64,000 bases of DNA from positions 12,638 to 76,637 of the forward strand of contig CAYJRR010000003.1 in the NCBI GenBank assembly GCA_964372275.1, written 5' to 3'. A program made the translations under genes and the position numbers. Source of the stretch: an uncultured bacterium. Lineage in GTDB: Bacteria; CAYJRR01. A model generated the notes under the pieces. That model ran no database searches. It saw only the letters and a list, made by a program, of their open reading frames with translations, and was not told the origin of the DNA. The first letter of the stretch is position 1; every line of letters begins with the position of its first letter. Below are positions 45,088 through 61,243 of the stretch, piece after piece.

Positions 45088-46566
45088 GTGAACGGCCGCC
45101 GGCGATTGAGACGCCGCATCCAAACGTGTTCTGTCGTCTCCCCCGCCCGCGCCGTCGCGCTCGACGTTCTCGACGCCGTGCGCCGTGGGGAGCCCGCCGA
45201 CAACGCCTTCGATCGCGCATGCGCCTCGCGTCCCTCGCTCGCCGCGGCCGACCGCGGCCTCGCGATGGAGATCGCCTACGGCGTCCTCCGCCGCTGGCGG
45301 CGCCTCGACGGCGCGCTCGGGGAATACGCGCGGCAGGGCCTGCCGAAGGAGGCCGGGTTGCTCGACCTGCTGCGCGTCGGCGCCTACCAGCTCCTCTTCC
45401 TCGACCGCGTGCCGGCGCACGCGGCGGTGTCGACGGCGGTCGACGCGGCGCGCGAGCGAGCTCCGCACGCGGCGACCTTCGTGAACGCCGTCTTGCGGCG
45501 TGTGGCGGCGGAGGCGCCACGACTTCGCGCGGCGGTGCCGCCGCCGGAGGACGCGCCGGTGGAACGCCTCGCGGCGTGGCACTCGGTCCCCGACTGGCTG
45601 GCCGAACGGCTCGCGCCGCTGGCGAGCTCCGCGGCAGGTCTGGGCTCGTTGCTCGAGGCGCTCACGCGCCCGGCGCCGCTGTGTCTCCGCGCCACCCCAC
45701 ACGCGGGCGGACGCGACCGGTTGCTCGAGGCGCTCGCGCGGGAGGGAGCTCCGGCGCACGCCGCGGTCCATGCGCCGGACGCGCTGATCGTCGAACGACG
45801 TTCCGTCGCCGCGGGCGGCGCCGCCGGTTCGGAGGTGGCGGACGTGCGCGGGCTGCCGGGATTCGAAGAGGGTTGGTTCACGGTGCAGGACGAGGCGGCG
45901 CAGCTCATCGTCGAGCTGCTGGAGGTTCGGTCCGGCGTCACGATGCTCGACCTCTGCGCGGCGCCGGGCGGGAAGGCGATCCACGCCGCGCATCGCGGGG
46001 CCCGCGTCGTCGCCGTCGACGCGGACGCCGCTCGCCTTCGGCTCGTCGACGAGGCGTCGCGCCGCCTGCGGGCGCCGGTCGAGACGCTCGCCGCGACGGC
46101 CGGCGCCGCCGGCGTCGCGCCGCTCGCCGGGCGCCTCTTCGACCGCGTGCTGGTCGACGCGCCGTGCTCCGCGACGGGGATCCTCCGGCGCAAGCCCGAC
46201 GTGGCCTGGAGGCGGCGACCGGACGACCTCGCGGAGCTTCGCCGGCGCCAGTCGGAGATCCTCGAAGGGGGGGCGAGCCACGTCGCGCCCGGCGGGCGTC
46301 TCGTCTACGCCGTCTGCTCGCTCCTGCCGGAGGAGGGGGAGGCGGTCGCCGACGCCTTCGACGCGCTCCACGCCGCCGGCCATGCCTCGCGCGGAGTGGA
46401 TCGCGGCGCCGTTGGCTTCCGGCGCGTCGACCTGCGCGGTGGGCCTGCGTCGATCGCGCCGTTCGTCACCGCGCGCGGAGACTTCCGCGCCCGGCCGGAC
46501 CTTCATCGGACAGACGGATTCTTCGCGGCGACGTGGATCCGACTTGGAGACGGCCCGCTCTCGTGA
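45088..46566 (+). CDS. rsmB: 16S rRNA (cytosine967-C5)-methyltransferase
   Basis: NusB-like N-terminal domain. SAM motif DLCAAPGGK and catalytic DAPCSATG. The exact start is uncertain. Confidence 0.75.
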   Translation: MNGRRRLRRRIQTCSVVSPARAVALDVLDAVRRGEPADNAFDRACASRPSLAAADRGLAMEIAYGVLRRWRRLDGALGEYARQGLPKEAGLLDLLRVGAYQLLFLDRVPAHAAVSTAVDAARERAPHAATFVNAVLRRVAAEAPRLRAAVPPPEDAPVERLAAWHSVPDWLAERLAPLASSAAGLGSLLEALTRPAPLCLRATPHAGGRDRLLEALAREGAPAHAAVHAPDALIVERRSVAAGGAAGSEVADVRGLPGFEEGWFTVQDEAAQLIVELLEVRSGVTMLDLCAAPGGKAIHAAHRGARVVAVDADAARLRLVDEASRRLRAPVETLAATAGAAGVAPLAGRLFDRVLVDAPCSATGILRRKPDVAWRRRPDDLAELRRRQSEILEGGASHVAPGGRLVYAVCSLLPEEGEAVADAFDALHAAGHASRGVDRGAVGFRRVDLRGGPASIAPFVTARGDFRARPDLHRTDGFFAATWIRLGDGPLS

Positions 46567-46580
46567 GAGCATTTTTTTCG
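46554..46580 (+). terminator. Possible weak intrinsic terminator at the rsmB stop
   Basis: CTCTC-gtg-AGAG short hairpin followed by a T7 run. Confidence 0.3.
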
Positions 46581-46638
46581 TCACGGTCGGGTGGCCGTGC
46601 GAGACAACGTTCGACGGGGAGGGATCGTGGAATACGAG

Positions 46639-46986
46639 ATGAGCAGCACCGGCAATCCGATGATCGCGCTGTTGGCGATTCCGGTGGGGTTGGCGGTCTA
46701 CATCTTCTTTTCCTACTGCGCCAAGTTGATCTGCGAGAAGTCGGGGAAGCAGCCGGGGGTCCTGATCTGGATCCCGATCGTGCAGCTGATCCCGCTGATG
46801 GAAGTGGCGGGGATGGCGACCTGGATGATCGTGCTGGCGCTGATCCCGCTCGCCAACATCGTCTTCATCGTCCTGTTGGGCCTCGGACTGTGCAAGGCGC
46901 GGAAGAAGAACCCTGCGCTGGTGGTGCTGCTCTTCCTCCCCTGCCTGAACTTCGTCTTCCTGCCCTACCTGGCCTTCTCGGAATAG
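46639..46986 (+). CDS. Small polytopic membrane protein (about 115 aa), hypothetical
   Basis: Three or four hydrophobic helices (IALLAIPVGLAVYIFF, IWIPIVQLIPLM, LVVLLFLPCLNFVFLPYL). Start at ATG 46639 within the 46591 ORF. Confidence 0.5.
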   Translation: MSSTGNPMIALLAIPVGLAVYIFFSYCAKLICEKSGKQPGVLIWIPIVQLIPLMEVAGMATWMIVLALIPLANIVFIVLLGLGLCKARKKNPALVVLLFLPCLNFVFLPYLAFSE

Positions 46987-47012
46987 CGCCGGCGGACCGC
47001 TCGCGAGCGGCC

Positions 47013-49425
<2,413 letters not shown>

Positions 49426-49426
49426 C

Positions 49427-50986
49427 GTGGACAAGATCCTCGTTCTCGATTTCGGGTCGCAGTACACGCAGCTGATCGCGCGTCGCGTCCGCGAACAGAA
49501 GGTCTACTGCGAGATCCACCCCTGCACGATGCCGCTCACGCGCGTGCGCGGCTTCGGCGCCGCGGGGATCGTGCTGTCGGGGGGGCCGAACTCGGTCTAC
49601 GAGGAGGGGGCGCCGACCGTCGCCAAAGAGCTGTTCGCGCTCGGCGTGCCGATCCTCGGGATCTGCTACGGCGAGCAGCTCACCGCCCATCTCTTGGGGG
49701 GCCGGGTGGAGGCCGGAACGCGCCGCGAATACGGGCGCGCGCCGCTCACCGTCGATCGCGCGAGCGAGCTGTTCGCCGGGTTCGGGGCGGGGGAGGAGAT
49801 CCAGGTCTGGATGAGCCACGGCGACGTGGTGCGGGAGGTGCCCGAAGGCTTCGTGACGATCGCCTCCAACCACAGCACCCCGTTCGCCGCCGTCGAGGAC
49901 CGCGCGCGACGGATCTGGGGGATCCAGTTCCATCCGGAGGTGGCGCACACGCCCCGCGGGACCGAGATCCTGCGGAACTTCGTCTTCGGTATCTGCGGCG
50001 CCCGGGGCCAGTGGACGATGCGGTCGTTCGTGGAGAGCAAGACGGCGGAGATCCGGGAGACGGTCGGCGACGACCGGGTCCTGCTGGGCCTGTCCGGGGG
50101 GGTCGACTCGGCGGTGGCGGCGGTCCTGATCCACAAGGCGATCGGAGACCGGCTCCAGTGCGTTTTCGTCGACAACGGCCTACTCCGCAAGGACGAGGGC
50201 CGGAAGGTGGAGCAGGTCTTCCGGGGCCACTTCAAGATCCCGCTCCGGACGGTCGACGCCTCGGAGCGGTTCCTGAAGAAACTTGCGGGGGTGGTCGATC
50301 CGGAGGCGAAGCGGAAGACGATCGGCGAGCTGTTCGTCCGGGTGTTCGAGGACGAGGCCCGGACGCTCGGCGCCGGAGGGGCGACCGAGGCCGGACCGTC
50401 CTGGTTGGCGCAGGGGACGCTCTATCCGGACGTCATCGAGAGCGTCTCGTTCAAGGGACCGTCGGTCACGATCAAGAGCCACCACAACGTCGGCGGTCTC
50501 CCCGAGCGGATGGAGATGAAGGTCCTGGAGCCGCTTCGCGAGCTGTTCAAGGACGAGGTGCGCGCGCTCGGCGCCGAGCTGGGGATGCCGGCCGAGGTGC
50601 TCCAGCGGCAGCCGTTCCCGGGGCCGGGGCTCGCGGTGCGGATCCTGGGGGAGGTGACGCGCGAGCGGTGCGAGCTGTTGCGCGCCGCCGACGAGATCGT
50701 CGTCACCGAGATCAAGCGGGCCGGGCTCTACGCGAAGATCTGGCAGAGCTTCGCCGTGCTCCTGCCGGTGCGCACCGTCGGGGTGATGGGGGACGCGCGC
50801 ACCTACCAGGAGGTGATTGCCGTCCGCGCCGTCCACTCCACCGACGGCATGACCGCCGACTGGGTGCCGCTCCCCTACGACGTCCTCGCCACGATCTCCA
50901 ACCGGATCGTCAACGAGGTCCGCGGCATCAACCGCGTCGTCTACGACATCTCCAGCAAGCCCCCCTCGACGATCGAGTGGGAGTAG
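49427..50986 (+). CDS. guaA: GMP synthase (glutamine-hydrolysing)
   Basis: GATase-1 domain (ILGICYGEQ) and the ATP-PPase motif [11 protein letters not shown] start 1 nt after the guaB stop. Confidence 0.85.
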   Translation: MDKILVLDFGSQYTQLIARRVREQKVYCEIHPCTMPLTRVRGFGAAGIVLSGGPNSVYEEGAPTVAKELFALGVPILGICYGEQLTAHLLGGRVEAGTRREYGRAPLTVDRASELFAGFGAGEEIQVWMSHGDVVREVPEGFVTIASNHSTPFAAVEDRARRIWGIQFHPEVAHTPRGTEILRNFVFGICGARGQWTMRSFVESKTAEIRETVGDDRVLLGLSGGVDSAVAAVLIHKAIGDRLQCVFVDNGLLRKDEGRKVEQVFRGHFKIPLRTVDASERFLKKLAGVVDPEAKRKTIGELFVRVFEDEARTLGAGGATEAGPSWLAQGTLYPDVIESVSFKGPSVTIKSHHNVGGLPERMEMKVLEPLRELFKDEVRALGAELGMPAEVLQRQPFPGPGLAVRILGEVTRERCELLRAADEIVVTEIKRAGLYAKIWQSFAVLLPVRTVGVMGDARTYQEVIAVRAVHSTDGMTADWVPLPYDVLATISNRIVNEVRGINRVVYDISSKPPSTIEWE

Positions 50987-51012
50987 CCGCGGCGGTGCCC
51001 GAGGTCGCTCAC

Positions 51013-51166
51013 AATCCTTCTCCTGGTCCTCCTTCTCAACGCTACTCCTTCTCTCCGGGGGTTGCCCGTTCGGCGTAGCGGAAAGGAGTAGTAGAGGAGG
51101 AGGAGAAGGACAGAGAGAAGGAAAGGGACGAAAGAAGACCAAGAGGGAAGAGGGCGGGCGGCCTGT
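51013..51166. repeat. Strand-asymmetric polypyrimidine then polypurine mirror/inverted tract
   Basis: tccttctcctggtcctccttctc...ctactccttctctcc followed by ggaaaggagtagtagaggaggaggagaaggacagagagaaggaaagggacgaaagaagaccaagagggaagaggg. The two arms are roughly reverse-complementary. Confidence 0.4.
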
Positions 51167-51338
51167 GTGCGGGCCATCACCTGCGGCGAGAGGTGGCGGC
51201 TTTGCTCCTCGGTTGGAGGGTAGGGACTCCGAGCGGTCGCCCGGAGGAGTCGTGATCGTACGTACCCGGACTCGCGCATCGCGGCGGATTGTCGTCCCCG
51301 GGAAAGCGCCGGCATCGGGCTTGCTCGTAGGTGTGGGC

Positions 51339-52133
51339 ATGAAAGCCGTCGCCGTCGCGTCGATCCTCGGCAGCATGACGATCCTTTCGCCCGTCGAGCT
51401 CGGGGCGAGGGAGCGGGTTGGCCACCGCCCGGACGCGCGCCTCGAAGGGGTGGAGGCGCTCGACCGGCGGATCCTCGCCGACGGAGGCGCGGCGCGGAAC
51501 CGGCTCCTGACGCTCACTCGCACCGCCGCCTATCGGCGTTTCGTCGCGCGAAGCAAGGGACGGGCGGTTCGGATTCGCGTGGCGGAGCCGGTGAACGGAG
51601 GCGACCGCGATCTCCACGTCATCGAGGCGGCCTCCTCCGGTGGCGATCGGCTGGTGTTGATCGCCCAGGCGACCGCCGAGCCCGCCGGCGGGTCTGGACG
51701 GGGAGCGGCGGCACTCGCGCTGCCCCTGATCGCCTACTACCGTTGCTCCGACGGGGCCGAGTTCCTTTCGCTGCGCGACGGCCGGTCGCCGGTCCACGGT
51801 TCCCGGCTCTCGGCGTGGCTCGACGCGAGGCTCCAGGACGGTGTGCTCGTGGTGGCGGCGTATTCGGACGACGGATCGCTGCGTCGCGTGGAGCGTGTCG
51901 TCGCGTTCGACGCGGCCGGAGAGGTGGGGCGACCGGTCGGCCGTCTCGACGCGGCGATCGGCGGTCCGATGGAGTCGAATCTGGAGTTCGAGACGGATGG
52001 GAGCGCGCTGCTCGCCCTGCTGCGCCGCGACCGGCTGCTGGATCCGCCCGGTTCGGGCGTCTCGGTGGCGTCGCTGGAAGCGCGCCTCGCGACGGGACGC
52101 CGCGCCTCCGGGCCGTTCGCCTTGTCCCGGTAG
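51339..52133 (+). CDS. Secreted hypothetical protein
   Basis: Signal peptide MKAVAVASILGSMTILSP. High GC3. No recognisable domain. Confidence 0.45.
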   Translation: MKAVAVASILGSMTILSPVELGARERVGHRPDARLEGVEALDRRILADGGAARNRLLTLTRTAAYRRFVARSKGRAVRIRVAEPVNGGDRDLHVIEAASSGGDRLVLIAQATAEPAGGSGRGAAALALPLIAYYRCSDGAEFLSLRDGRSPVHGSRLSAWLDARLQDGVLVVAAYSDDGSLRRVERVVAFDAAGEVGRPVGRLDAAIGGPMESNLEFETDGSALLALLRRDRLLDPPGSGVSVASLEARLATGRRASGPFALSR

Positions 52134-52275
52134 CCGCGGCTCCGCTGTCGATCCATGCCGCGAGGATCGGGCACGGACGTCCGGCGTGGATTTGGGCCTC
52201 GCGCGGGGTGGCCGGCAGATCCCTTCCCACCGCGTCGGGGCGTGTGCCCTCACGCATGGTAGACTCGCGCACCCG

Positions 52276-55869
<3,594 letters not shown>

Positions 55870-55873
55870 CGCC

Positions 55874-56500
55874 ATGCCCACCTGGCTCCCGCTGGCGGCG
55901 TTCCTGGGCTCGATGGGACTCGCCGTCGTCTGGCGGGTGCTCTACCAGCGCGCGCGGTACGGCCACTTCGGCGTGATCCTCTTCCGCGGCGGACCGGCGC
56001 AGACCGCGCGCGACCTTTCGCTCGTGCTGCTGGCGGCGGGATACGTCGGCGAGGCGGCGATCCACGCCGTCCGACCGGGCCTGTTCGACCCGTTGACGGT
56101 CCCGCTGCCGATCGGCGATCACGCGCGGTGGATCCTGGGACTCGTCGTGGTGGCGGTCTCCACCGCGCTCCTCCTCGTTTCGCAGCTTCAGCTCGGGGCA
56201 TCCTGGCGGATCGGAATCGAAGAGGGGGCGCGCCCCGGTCTGGTCACCGGCGGCTTCTACCGGTGGGTGCGAAACCCGATCTTCACCGCGATGCTGGGGA
56301 CGATGATCGGATACGCGATCCTCCTTCCGACCTGGATCTCGCTGGCGATCGTTGCCGTCTCATGGATCCTCGTCCGGGCGCAGACGCTCGGTGAGGAGGC
56401 CTACCTGCTCCGCACCTACGGCGACGAGTACCGGATCTACGCGGCGCGCGTCGGCCGCTTCGTCCCCGGGATCGGGCGCCTGGCAAAGCCGGTTCCTTGA
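55874..56500 (+). CDS. Isoprenylcysteine carboxyl-methyltransferase / phospholipid methyltransferase-family membrane protein
   Basis: VTGGFYRWVRNPIF matches the ICMT/PEMT signature. 4-5 TM segments. Confidence 0.6.
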   Translation: MPTWLPLAAFLGSMGLAVVWRVLYQRARYGHFGVILFRGGPAQTARDLSLVLLAAGYVGEAAIHAVRPGLFDPLTVPLPIGDHARWILGLVVVAVSTALLLVSQLQLGASWRIGIEEGARPGLVTGGFYRWVRNPIFTAMLGTMIGYAILLPTWISLAIVAVSWILVRAQTLGEEAYLLRTYGDEYRIYAARVGRFVPGIGRLAKPVP

Positions 56501-56529
56501 CTTGGGTGGCGGCCGGTCGCTAGCGTGGC

Positions 56530-57795
56530 GTGGTGCTCGGGCGAGTGACGAAGATCCGCAGGCGGATCGCGGGAACGCTGCTCGTCGTGGCGGGGCTCGT
56601 AGGGGCGGCGCCGCTCGCCGCCGACGCGGCGCCGCCGCCGGCCCGCACCCTCCGGGAGCTCGAGGCGGTCGGGAGCTCGAAGGCGGGGGACGAGAAGAGC
56701 GCCGAGATCGATGCCATGCGGAAGGCCGTGCTGGCCATCGCGCGGGAGCTGCTGGGCCCGCCACCGGCGGGTGGCGATCCGGCGGCGGCACAGGAGACCG
56801 AGGCCAAGCTCGAGGCGAGCCTGCTGCGCAAGGCGCGTCGGTTCTGTCCCGAGATCCGCGTGCTCGACCGGACCGAAGCGGGCACGACCGTGATCCTCAA
56901 GGTGCGGGTGAAGGTGGCGATCGATGCCGTCCGCGCCGAGCTGGTGGCGGCCGGTCTCCTGGTCGCGGAGGGGGCGCACGCGACGACCCGCGTGCTGGTG
57001 CTGCCCGCGGGCGGAAAGGGGGGGCCGGCACCCTGGTGGGTGGCGGGCGGCGAGGCGGGCGAGCCCAAGCCGATCACCGCCGTGCTCGTCCAGGCGCTGC
57101 GCGATCGCGGATTCGACGTCGTGGAGCCGCGGGCCGCGCCGGGTCCCGCGGCGAAGGCGGCGCCGCCGACGGCCGACCTCTCCGACGCCGCGGTCCTGGC
57201 GCTCGGCGCGGCGCACGACGCCGACGTCGTCGTTCGCGTGGCATGGGAGACGACGACCGGCAGCCGTCCCGTCGAGCCGCTCCTTTTCGGTCTCGCGCGC
57301 GCGAAGCTTGCGCCGGTCGAGGCGATCGCGGTGAAGGACGGACGGCGGCTGACGTCGGTGGAAGGGATTGGAACGGCGGGGGAGACGCTCGATCCGCGCG
57401 TGAAGGTCGGGCTTCCGGCCGAGACCGCGACGCGGCTGCGCGAATCGGCCCTTCGCTCGGCCGCGGAGGAGGCGGCGGCGAAGCTCCTGCTCGCACTCGG
57501 CGAACCGGTCTCGGCGGAAGGGGCCCCTTCGACGATCCGCCTCACCGTCACCGGCCTCGATACCTACGTCGCCTTCAACCGGTTCGAGCGCGTGCTCGCA
57601 ACCCAAGCCAAGACGGTGCGCGCCGTGACCCTCAAGAGCCTGGAGCGCGGGTCGGCGACCTTCGACCTGAAGCTCGAACGCGGAGCCGATCTGGCGGCGT
57701 TCACCGACGAGATCGCCCGGCAAGAGTTCGCCGAATTTTCGGTGAAGTTGGCGGAAAAAAGACCCGGTTCGGTGGTACTTCAGGTGGTGCGATAG
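56530..57795 (+). CDS. Secreted hypothetical protein (421 aa)
   Basis: Signal peptide IAGTLLVVAGLVGAAPLAADA. Ala-rich with coding-like GC3. Confidence 0.5.
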   Translation: MVLGRVTKIRRRIAGTLLVVAGLVGAAPLAADAAPPPARTLRELEAVGSSKAGDEKSAEIDAMRKAVLAIARELLGPPPAGGDPAAAQETEAKLEASLLRKARRFCPEIRVLDRTEAGTTVILKVRVKVAIDAVRAELVAAGLLVAEGAHATTRVLVLPAGGKGGPAPWWVAGGEAGEPKPITAVLVQALRDRGFDVVEPRAAPGPAAKAAPPTADLSDAAVLALGAAHDADVVVRVAWETTTGSRPVEPLLFGLARAKLAPVEAIAVKDGRRLTSVEGIGTAGETLDPRVKVGLPAETATRLRESALRSAAEEAAAKLLLALGEPVSAEGAPSTIRLTVTGLDTYVAFNRFERVLATQAKTVRAVTLKSLERGSATFDLKLERGADLAAFTDEIARQEFAEFSVKLAEKRPGSVVLQVVR

Positions 57796-57843
57796 GGGGC
57801 ATGGAGGAGATCCCCCGGGGGAGCGAACGCGCGGAGTAGATCG

Positions 57844-59016
57844 ATGGACGAATACGCCCCCCTTCCGCCCCCCACCGCCGTCCGGCGGCTCCCGCTCGAG
57901 CCGCGGGAGTGGTGGGTCCGGCCGCTCTCCTACGCCTTGCTGGCGGTGATCGTCGGATTCGTGGTGTGGCTGCTCCGTCCGGTGCTGACGCCGATCGCCG
58001 CCGCCATGGCCGCGGCCTACGCCGTCTCGCCGCTGATCGACGCGCTCGAGCGCCGGCGCGTGCCGCGGGTGGTGACGATCCTCGCCCTGCTGGCCGGCTT
58101 CCTCGCGCTCCTCGCCGGGCTGGTCGCGGTGGTGGTGCCGTTGGTCCACGCCGAAGTGGCATCGCTGGCGGACAACCTCCCCGGCTATTGGGAGCGCGCC
58201 AACGCCCTGTTCCTCGAGCGTGTCCGCCCCTTCGTCGAGGAGCGATTCGGCACGACGATCCCCACCACGCCGCGCGACGTCTGGAACGAGGCGGCGGCAC
58301 GCCTGTCGGGCGAGGCCGCCCCCGACGTCGCCGGGACGGTGCTTCGTTTCCTGCGCGGGACGGTGTCGAACGTCTTCGGCCTGCTCGGGTTGGTCCTGGG
58401 GGCGATCCTCTTCCCGGTCTTCTTTTTCTACGTTGCCAAGGACTTCCCGCGGATCGTGCGGGCGGCGGTAGAGGCGATCCCGCCGCGCAACCGCGACGAG
58501 GTGCTGGCGCGCGTGCGCGAGGTCGACGCCGTGATCGCGAGCTTCGTGCGCGGACAGATCACCGTCTGCCTGCTGCTGGCGATGAGCTACAGCGTCGGGC
58601 TGTCGATCATCGGGATCGACCTGGCGGTGGTGATCGGCGTCGTCTCCGGACTCGCCTTCGTCATCCCCTACGTCGGCACGATCGTCGGGATCGTCGCCGC
58701 GTCGGCGATGTCGATCGCCGAGTTCGGTCTCGTCGACCGGGAGTTCGCGCTCTGGGTCGAGCCCCATCTGCTCGCCGTCCTGGCGATGTTCGCCGGCGTG
58801 CAGCTGATCGAGAGCAACGTGGTGACCCCCAAGATCGTGGGGGACCGGGTCGGACTCCACCCGGTGGTGATGATCACCGCAGTGATCGTCGGCGGCCAGC
58901 TCTTCGGCTTCCTCGGCGTGCTGCTGGCGATCCCCGCCACCGCCGCCGGCGCCGTCTTCTTCCGCGCCGGCCTCGAGCGCTACCGCACCTCCGAGTTCTA
59001 CCGCGCGATGCGGTGA
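57844..59016 (+). CDS. AI-2E family transporter (PerM/YdiK/TqsA-like)
   Basis: Eight-TM topology. Conserved region VIPYVGTIVGIVAASAM ... PKIVGDRVGLHPVVMI. Confidence 0.65.
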   Translation: MDEYAPLPPPTAVRRLPLEPREWWVRPLSYALLAVIVGFVVWLLRPVLTPIAAAMAAAYAVSPLIDALERRRVPRVVTILALLAGFLALLAGLVAVVVPLVHAEVASLADNLPGYWERANALFLERVRPFVEERFGTTIPTTPRDVWNEAAARLSGEAAPDVAGTVLRFLRGTVSNVFGLLGLVLGAILFPVFFFYVAKDFPRIVRAAVEAIPPRNRDEVLARVREVDAVIASFVRGQITVCLLLAMSYSVGLSIIGIDLAVVIGVVSGLAFVIPYVGTIVGIVAASAMSIAEFGLVDREFALWVEPHLLAVLAMFAGVQLIESNVVTPKIVGDRVGLHPVVMITAVIVGGQLFGFLGVLLAIPATAAGAVFFRAGLERYRTSEFYRAMR

Positions 59017-59022
59017 TCCGGC

Positions 59023-61044
59023 CTACCGCGGCGCGGCAAGCCAGTTCTCGACCCGCGCTGCAACCGCCTCGGGCGTGAACCCGAAGTGCTTCGCGAGATC
59101 GGGGTAGGGGGCCGACTCGCCGAAGTCGGAGAGGGCGATGACCAGACCGTCCTTGCCGGCATAGCGCCACCAGCTCTGGGCGCTCGCCGCCTCGACACAT
59201 GCGACCGGTAGGCCGGGCGGCAGGACGGCCTCCCGATAGGACGCGGGCTGCTCGTCGAAGAGTTGCGTGCACGGCATCGAGACGACGCGGATCCGCCGTC
59301 CCTTCGCGGCGAGGAGCGACGCGGCCTGGAGGGCGACATGGAGCTCGGAGCCGGTGGCGACGATCGCCGCCTCCGGGGCCGACGCCGGTCCGGGGACGCC
59401 GCCCGTTTCCGACAGCACGTAGCCCCCCTTCCAGACGTCACGGCGATCGAAGCCGGCCGGGCGCGGGATCGGCGGCACCTTCTGCCGTGTCAGTGCGAGG
59501 AGGAACGGCCCCTTGGGGGCGGAGATCGCGTAGGCCCAGGACATCGCCGTCTCCAGGCCGTCGGCCGGACGGAACAGCTTCAACCGCGGGATCGCCCGCA
59601 GCGCCGCCAGGTGTTCGATCGGCTGGTGGGTCGGACCGTCCTCTCCCAGGAAGATCGAATCGTGGGTGAAGACGAAGATCGACGGGGTCTGCATCAGCGA
59701 GGCGAGCCGGATCGCCGGGCGGCAGTAGTCGCTGAAGATGAGGAAGGTGGCGGCGTATCCGCGAAACGCTCCGTGCAGCGTCATACCGTTGGCGATCGCC
59801 CCCATCGCGTGCTCGCGAACGCCGTAGTGAAAGTTCCGGCCGCCGAACGCGCCGGCCTGGATCGAATCCGAGCCTTCGATCTTGGAGTTGTTCGAGGGCG
59901 TCAGGTCGGCCGAGCCCCCCGCCAGACCGGGGAGGAGCTGCGCCGCTTTCTGCAACGCGGCGCCGGAGTGCTGCCGCGTCGCCGCCTCCTTGTCGCCGAC
60001 CGCGGCGGCGATCTGCGCGTCGAACTCCGGCGGGAGCGTCGGATCGACATACGACGCGAACGCATTCGCCGACGCCGGATCGGCGGCGGCCCACGCTTCG
60101 AATCCGCGCGTCCACGCCTCGCGCCCGTTGCGCTTCCCGGCGGCGATCTCGGCGAACCGCGCGCGCGCGTCGTCGGGGACGAGGAACATCGGCTCGGCCG
60201 GCCAGCCGAGCGCCTCCTTGGTCGCCCGGTGCTCGTCCCCGCCCAAGGGTTCGCCGTGAACCTTGGCGGTGCCGGCCTTCCTGGGGGCGCCGCGCCCGAT
60301 GACAGTCCGCGCCAGGATCAGCGTCGGCTTGCCGGTCCGCCGCGCGGCCGCCGCCAGCGCCCGCTCGATCTCACCGATGTCGTGTCCGTCGATCCGGTCG
60401 GTGTGCCAGCCATAGGCGTCGAACCGCTTCGCCACGTCTTCGCTGAACGCGAGACCCGTCTCCCCGTCGATCGTGATCCGGTTGTCGTCGTAGAGGTAGC
60501 AGAGGTTGTCGAGCTTCCAGTGGCCGGCGAGCGACGCCGCCTCCGAGGCGACCCCCTCCATCAGGTCGCCGTCGGAGACGATCCCCCAGACGCGGTGGCT
60601 CACCGGACGAAATCGTTCGTTGCCGGGGAATCGCGCGGCGAGCATCTTGGCGGCGACCGCCATCCCGACGCCGTGCGCGAACCCCTGGCCGAGGGGACCG
60701 GTCGTCACCTCGATCCCCGGCGTGAGCCCCCACTCCGGGTGTCCCGGGGTCTTCGACCCGAGCTGCCGGAAACGCTGAAGCTCGGCGAGCGGGAGGTCGT
60801 AGCCGAACAGGTGCAGCAGACCGTAGATCAACATCGACGCATGACCGTTCGAGAGGACGAACCGGTCGCGATCGATCCAGGCCGGATCGCGGGGATCGAA
60901 CCGGAGGAACTTCGACCACAGGACGTAGGCCATCTCGGCGCAGCCGAGCGGAGCCCCCGGATGCCCCGACTTCGCCTTCTCGACGCCGTCGATGGCGAGC
61001 ATCTTGAGGGTGAGGATCGCGCGTTCGTCGGGGGAGGTGGTCAT
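59023..61044 (-). CDS. tkt: Transketolase
   Basis: TPP-binding [17 protein letters not shown] and the SDGDLMEG motif. Start taken at MTTSPDER. An upstream ATG at 61077 would add 11 residues. Confidence 0.85.
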   Translation of the reverse strand: MTTSPDERAILTLKMLAIDGVEKAKSGHPGAPLGCAEMAYVLWSKFLRFDPRDPAWIDRDRFVLSNGHASMLIYGLLHLFGYDLPLAELQRFRQLGSKTPGHPEWGLTPGIEVTTGPLGQGFAHGVGMAVAAKMLAARFPGNERFRPVSHRVWGIVSDGDLMEGVASEAASLAGHWKLDNLCYLYDDNRITIDGETGLAFSEDVAKRFDAYGWHTDRIDGHDIGEIERALAAAARRTGKPTLILARTVIGRGAPRKAGTAKVHGEPLGGDEHRATKEALGWPAEPMFLVPDDARARFAEIAAGKRNGREAWTRGFEAWAAADPASANAFASYVDPTLPPEFDAQIAAAVGDKEAATRQHSGAALQKAAQLLPGLAGGSADLTPSNNSKIEGSDSIQAGAFGGRNFHYGVREHAMGAIANGMTLHGAFRGYAATFLIFSDYCRPAIRLASLMQTPSIFVFTHDSIFLGEDGPTHQPIEHLAALRAIPRLKLFRPADGLETAMSWAYAISAPKGPFLLALTRQKVPPIPRPAGFDRRDVWKGGYVLSETGGVPGPASAPEAAIVATGSELHVALQAASLLAAKGRRIRVVSMPCTQLFDEQPASYREAVLPPGLPVACVEAASAQSWWRYAGKDGLVIALSDFGESAPYPDLAKHFGFTPEAVAARVENWLAAPR

Positions 61045-61140
61045 GGAGGGGGTGGGGGAGGGTGCGGGGATCGACATGGGCGGGGGACTATCGCGGATCG
61101 GGGGGCTCGGCGCAAGACGGACCGCGCGGAGGATCGAATT

Positions 61141-61243
61141 GAAAATGGAAAATGGAAAATGGAAAACCGGTCAATGGTGAAGCCAAACGGCGCGGGCCTC
61201 ATTTTTCATTGGCCGGTTTTCCATTTTCCATTCTCCATTTTCA
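61141..61243. repeat. MITE/REP-like palindromic element B (AAAATGG x3 inverted arrays)
   Basis: GAAAATGGAAAATGGAAAATGGAAAACCGGTCAATGgtgaagccaaacggcgcgggcctcatttttCATTGGCCGGTTTTCCATTTTCCATTCTCCATTTTCAG. The right end abuts the stop codon of the glycosyltransferase gene. Confidence 0.55.

Noticed and set aside
44960-45090. Considered whether the AAAATGG-array elements are a CRISPR array or leader
   Set aside because: Only two loci. Each is a single palindromic unit and not a run of direct repeats separated by unique spacers. There are no cas genes nearby.
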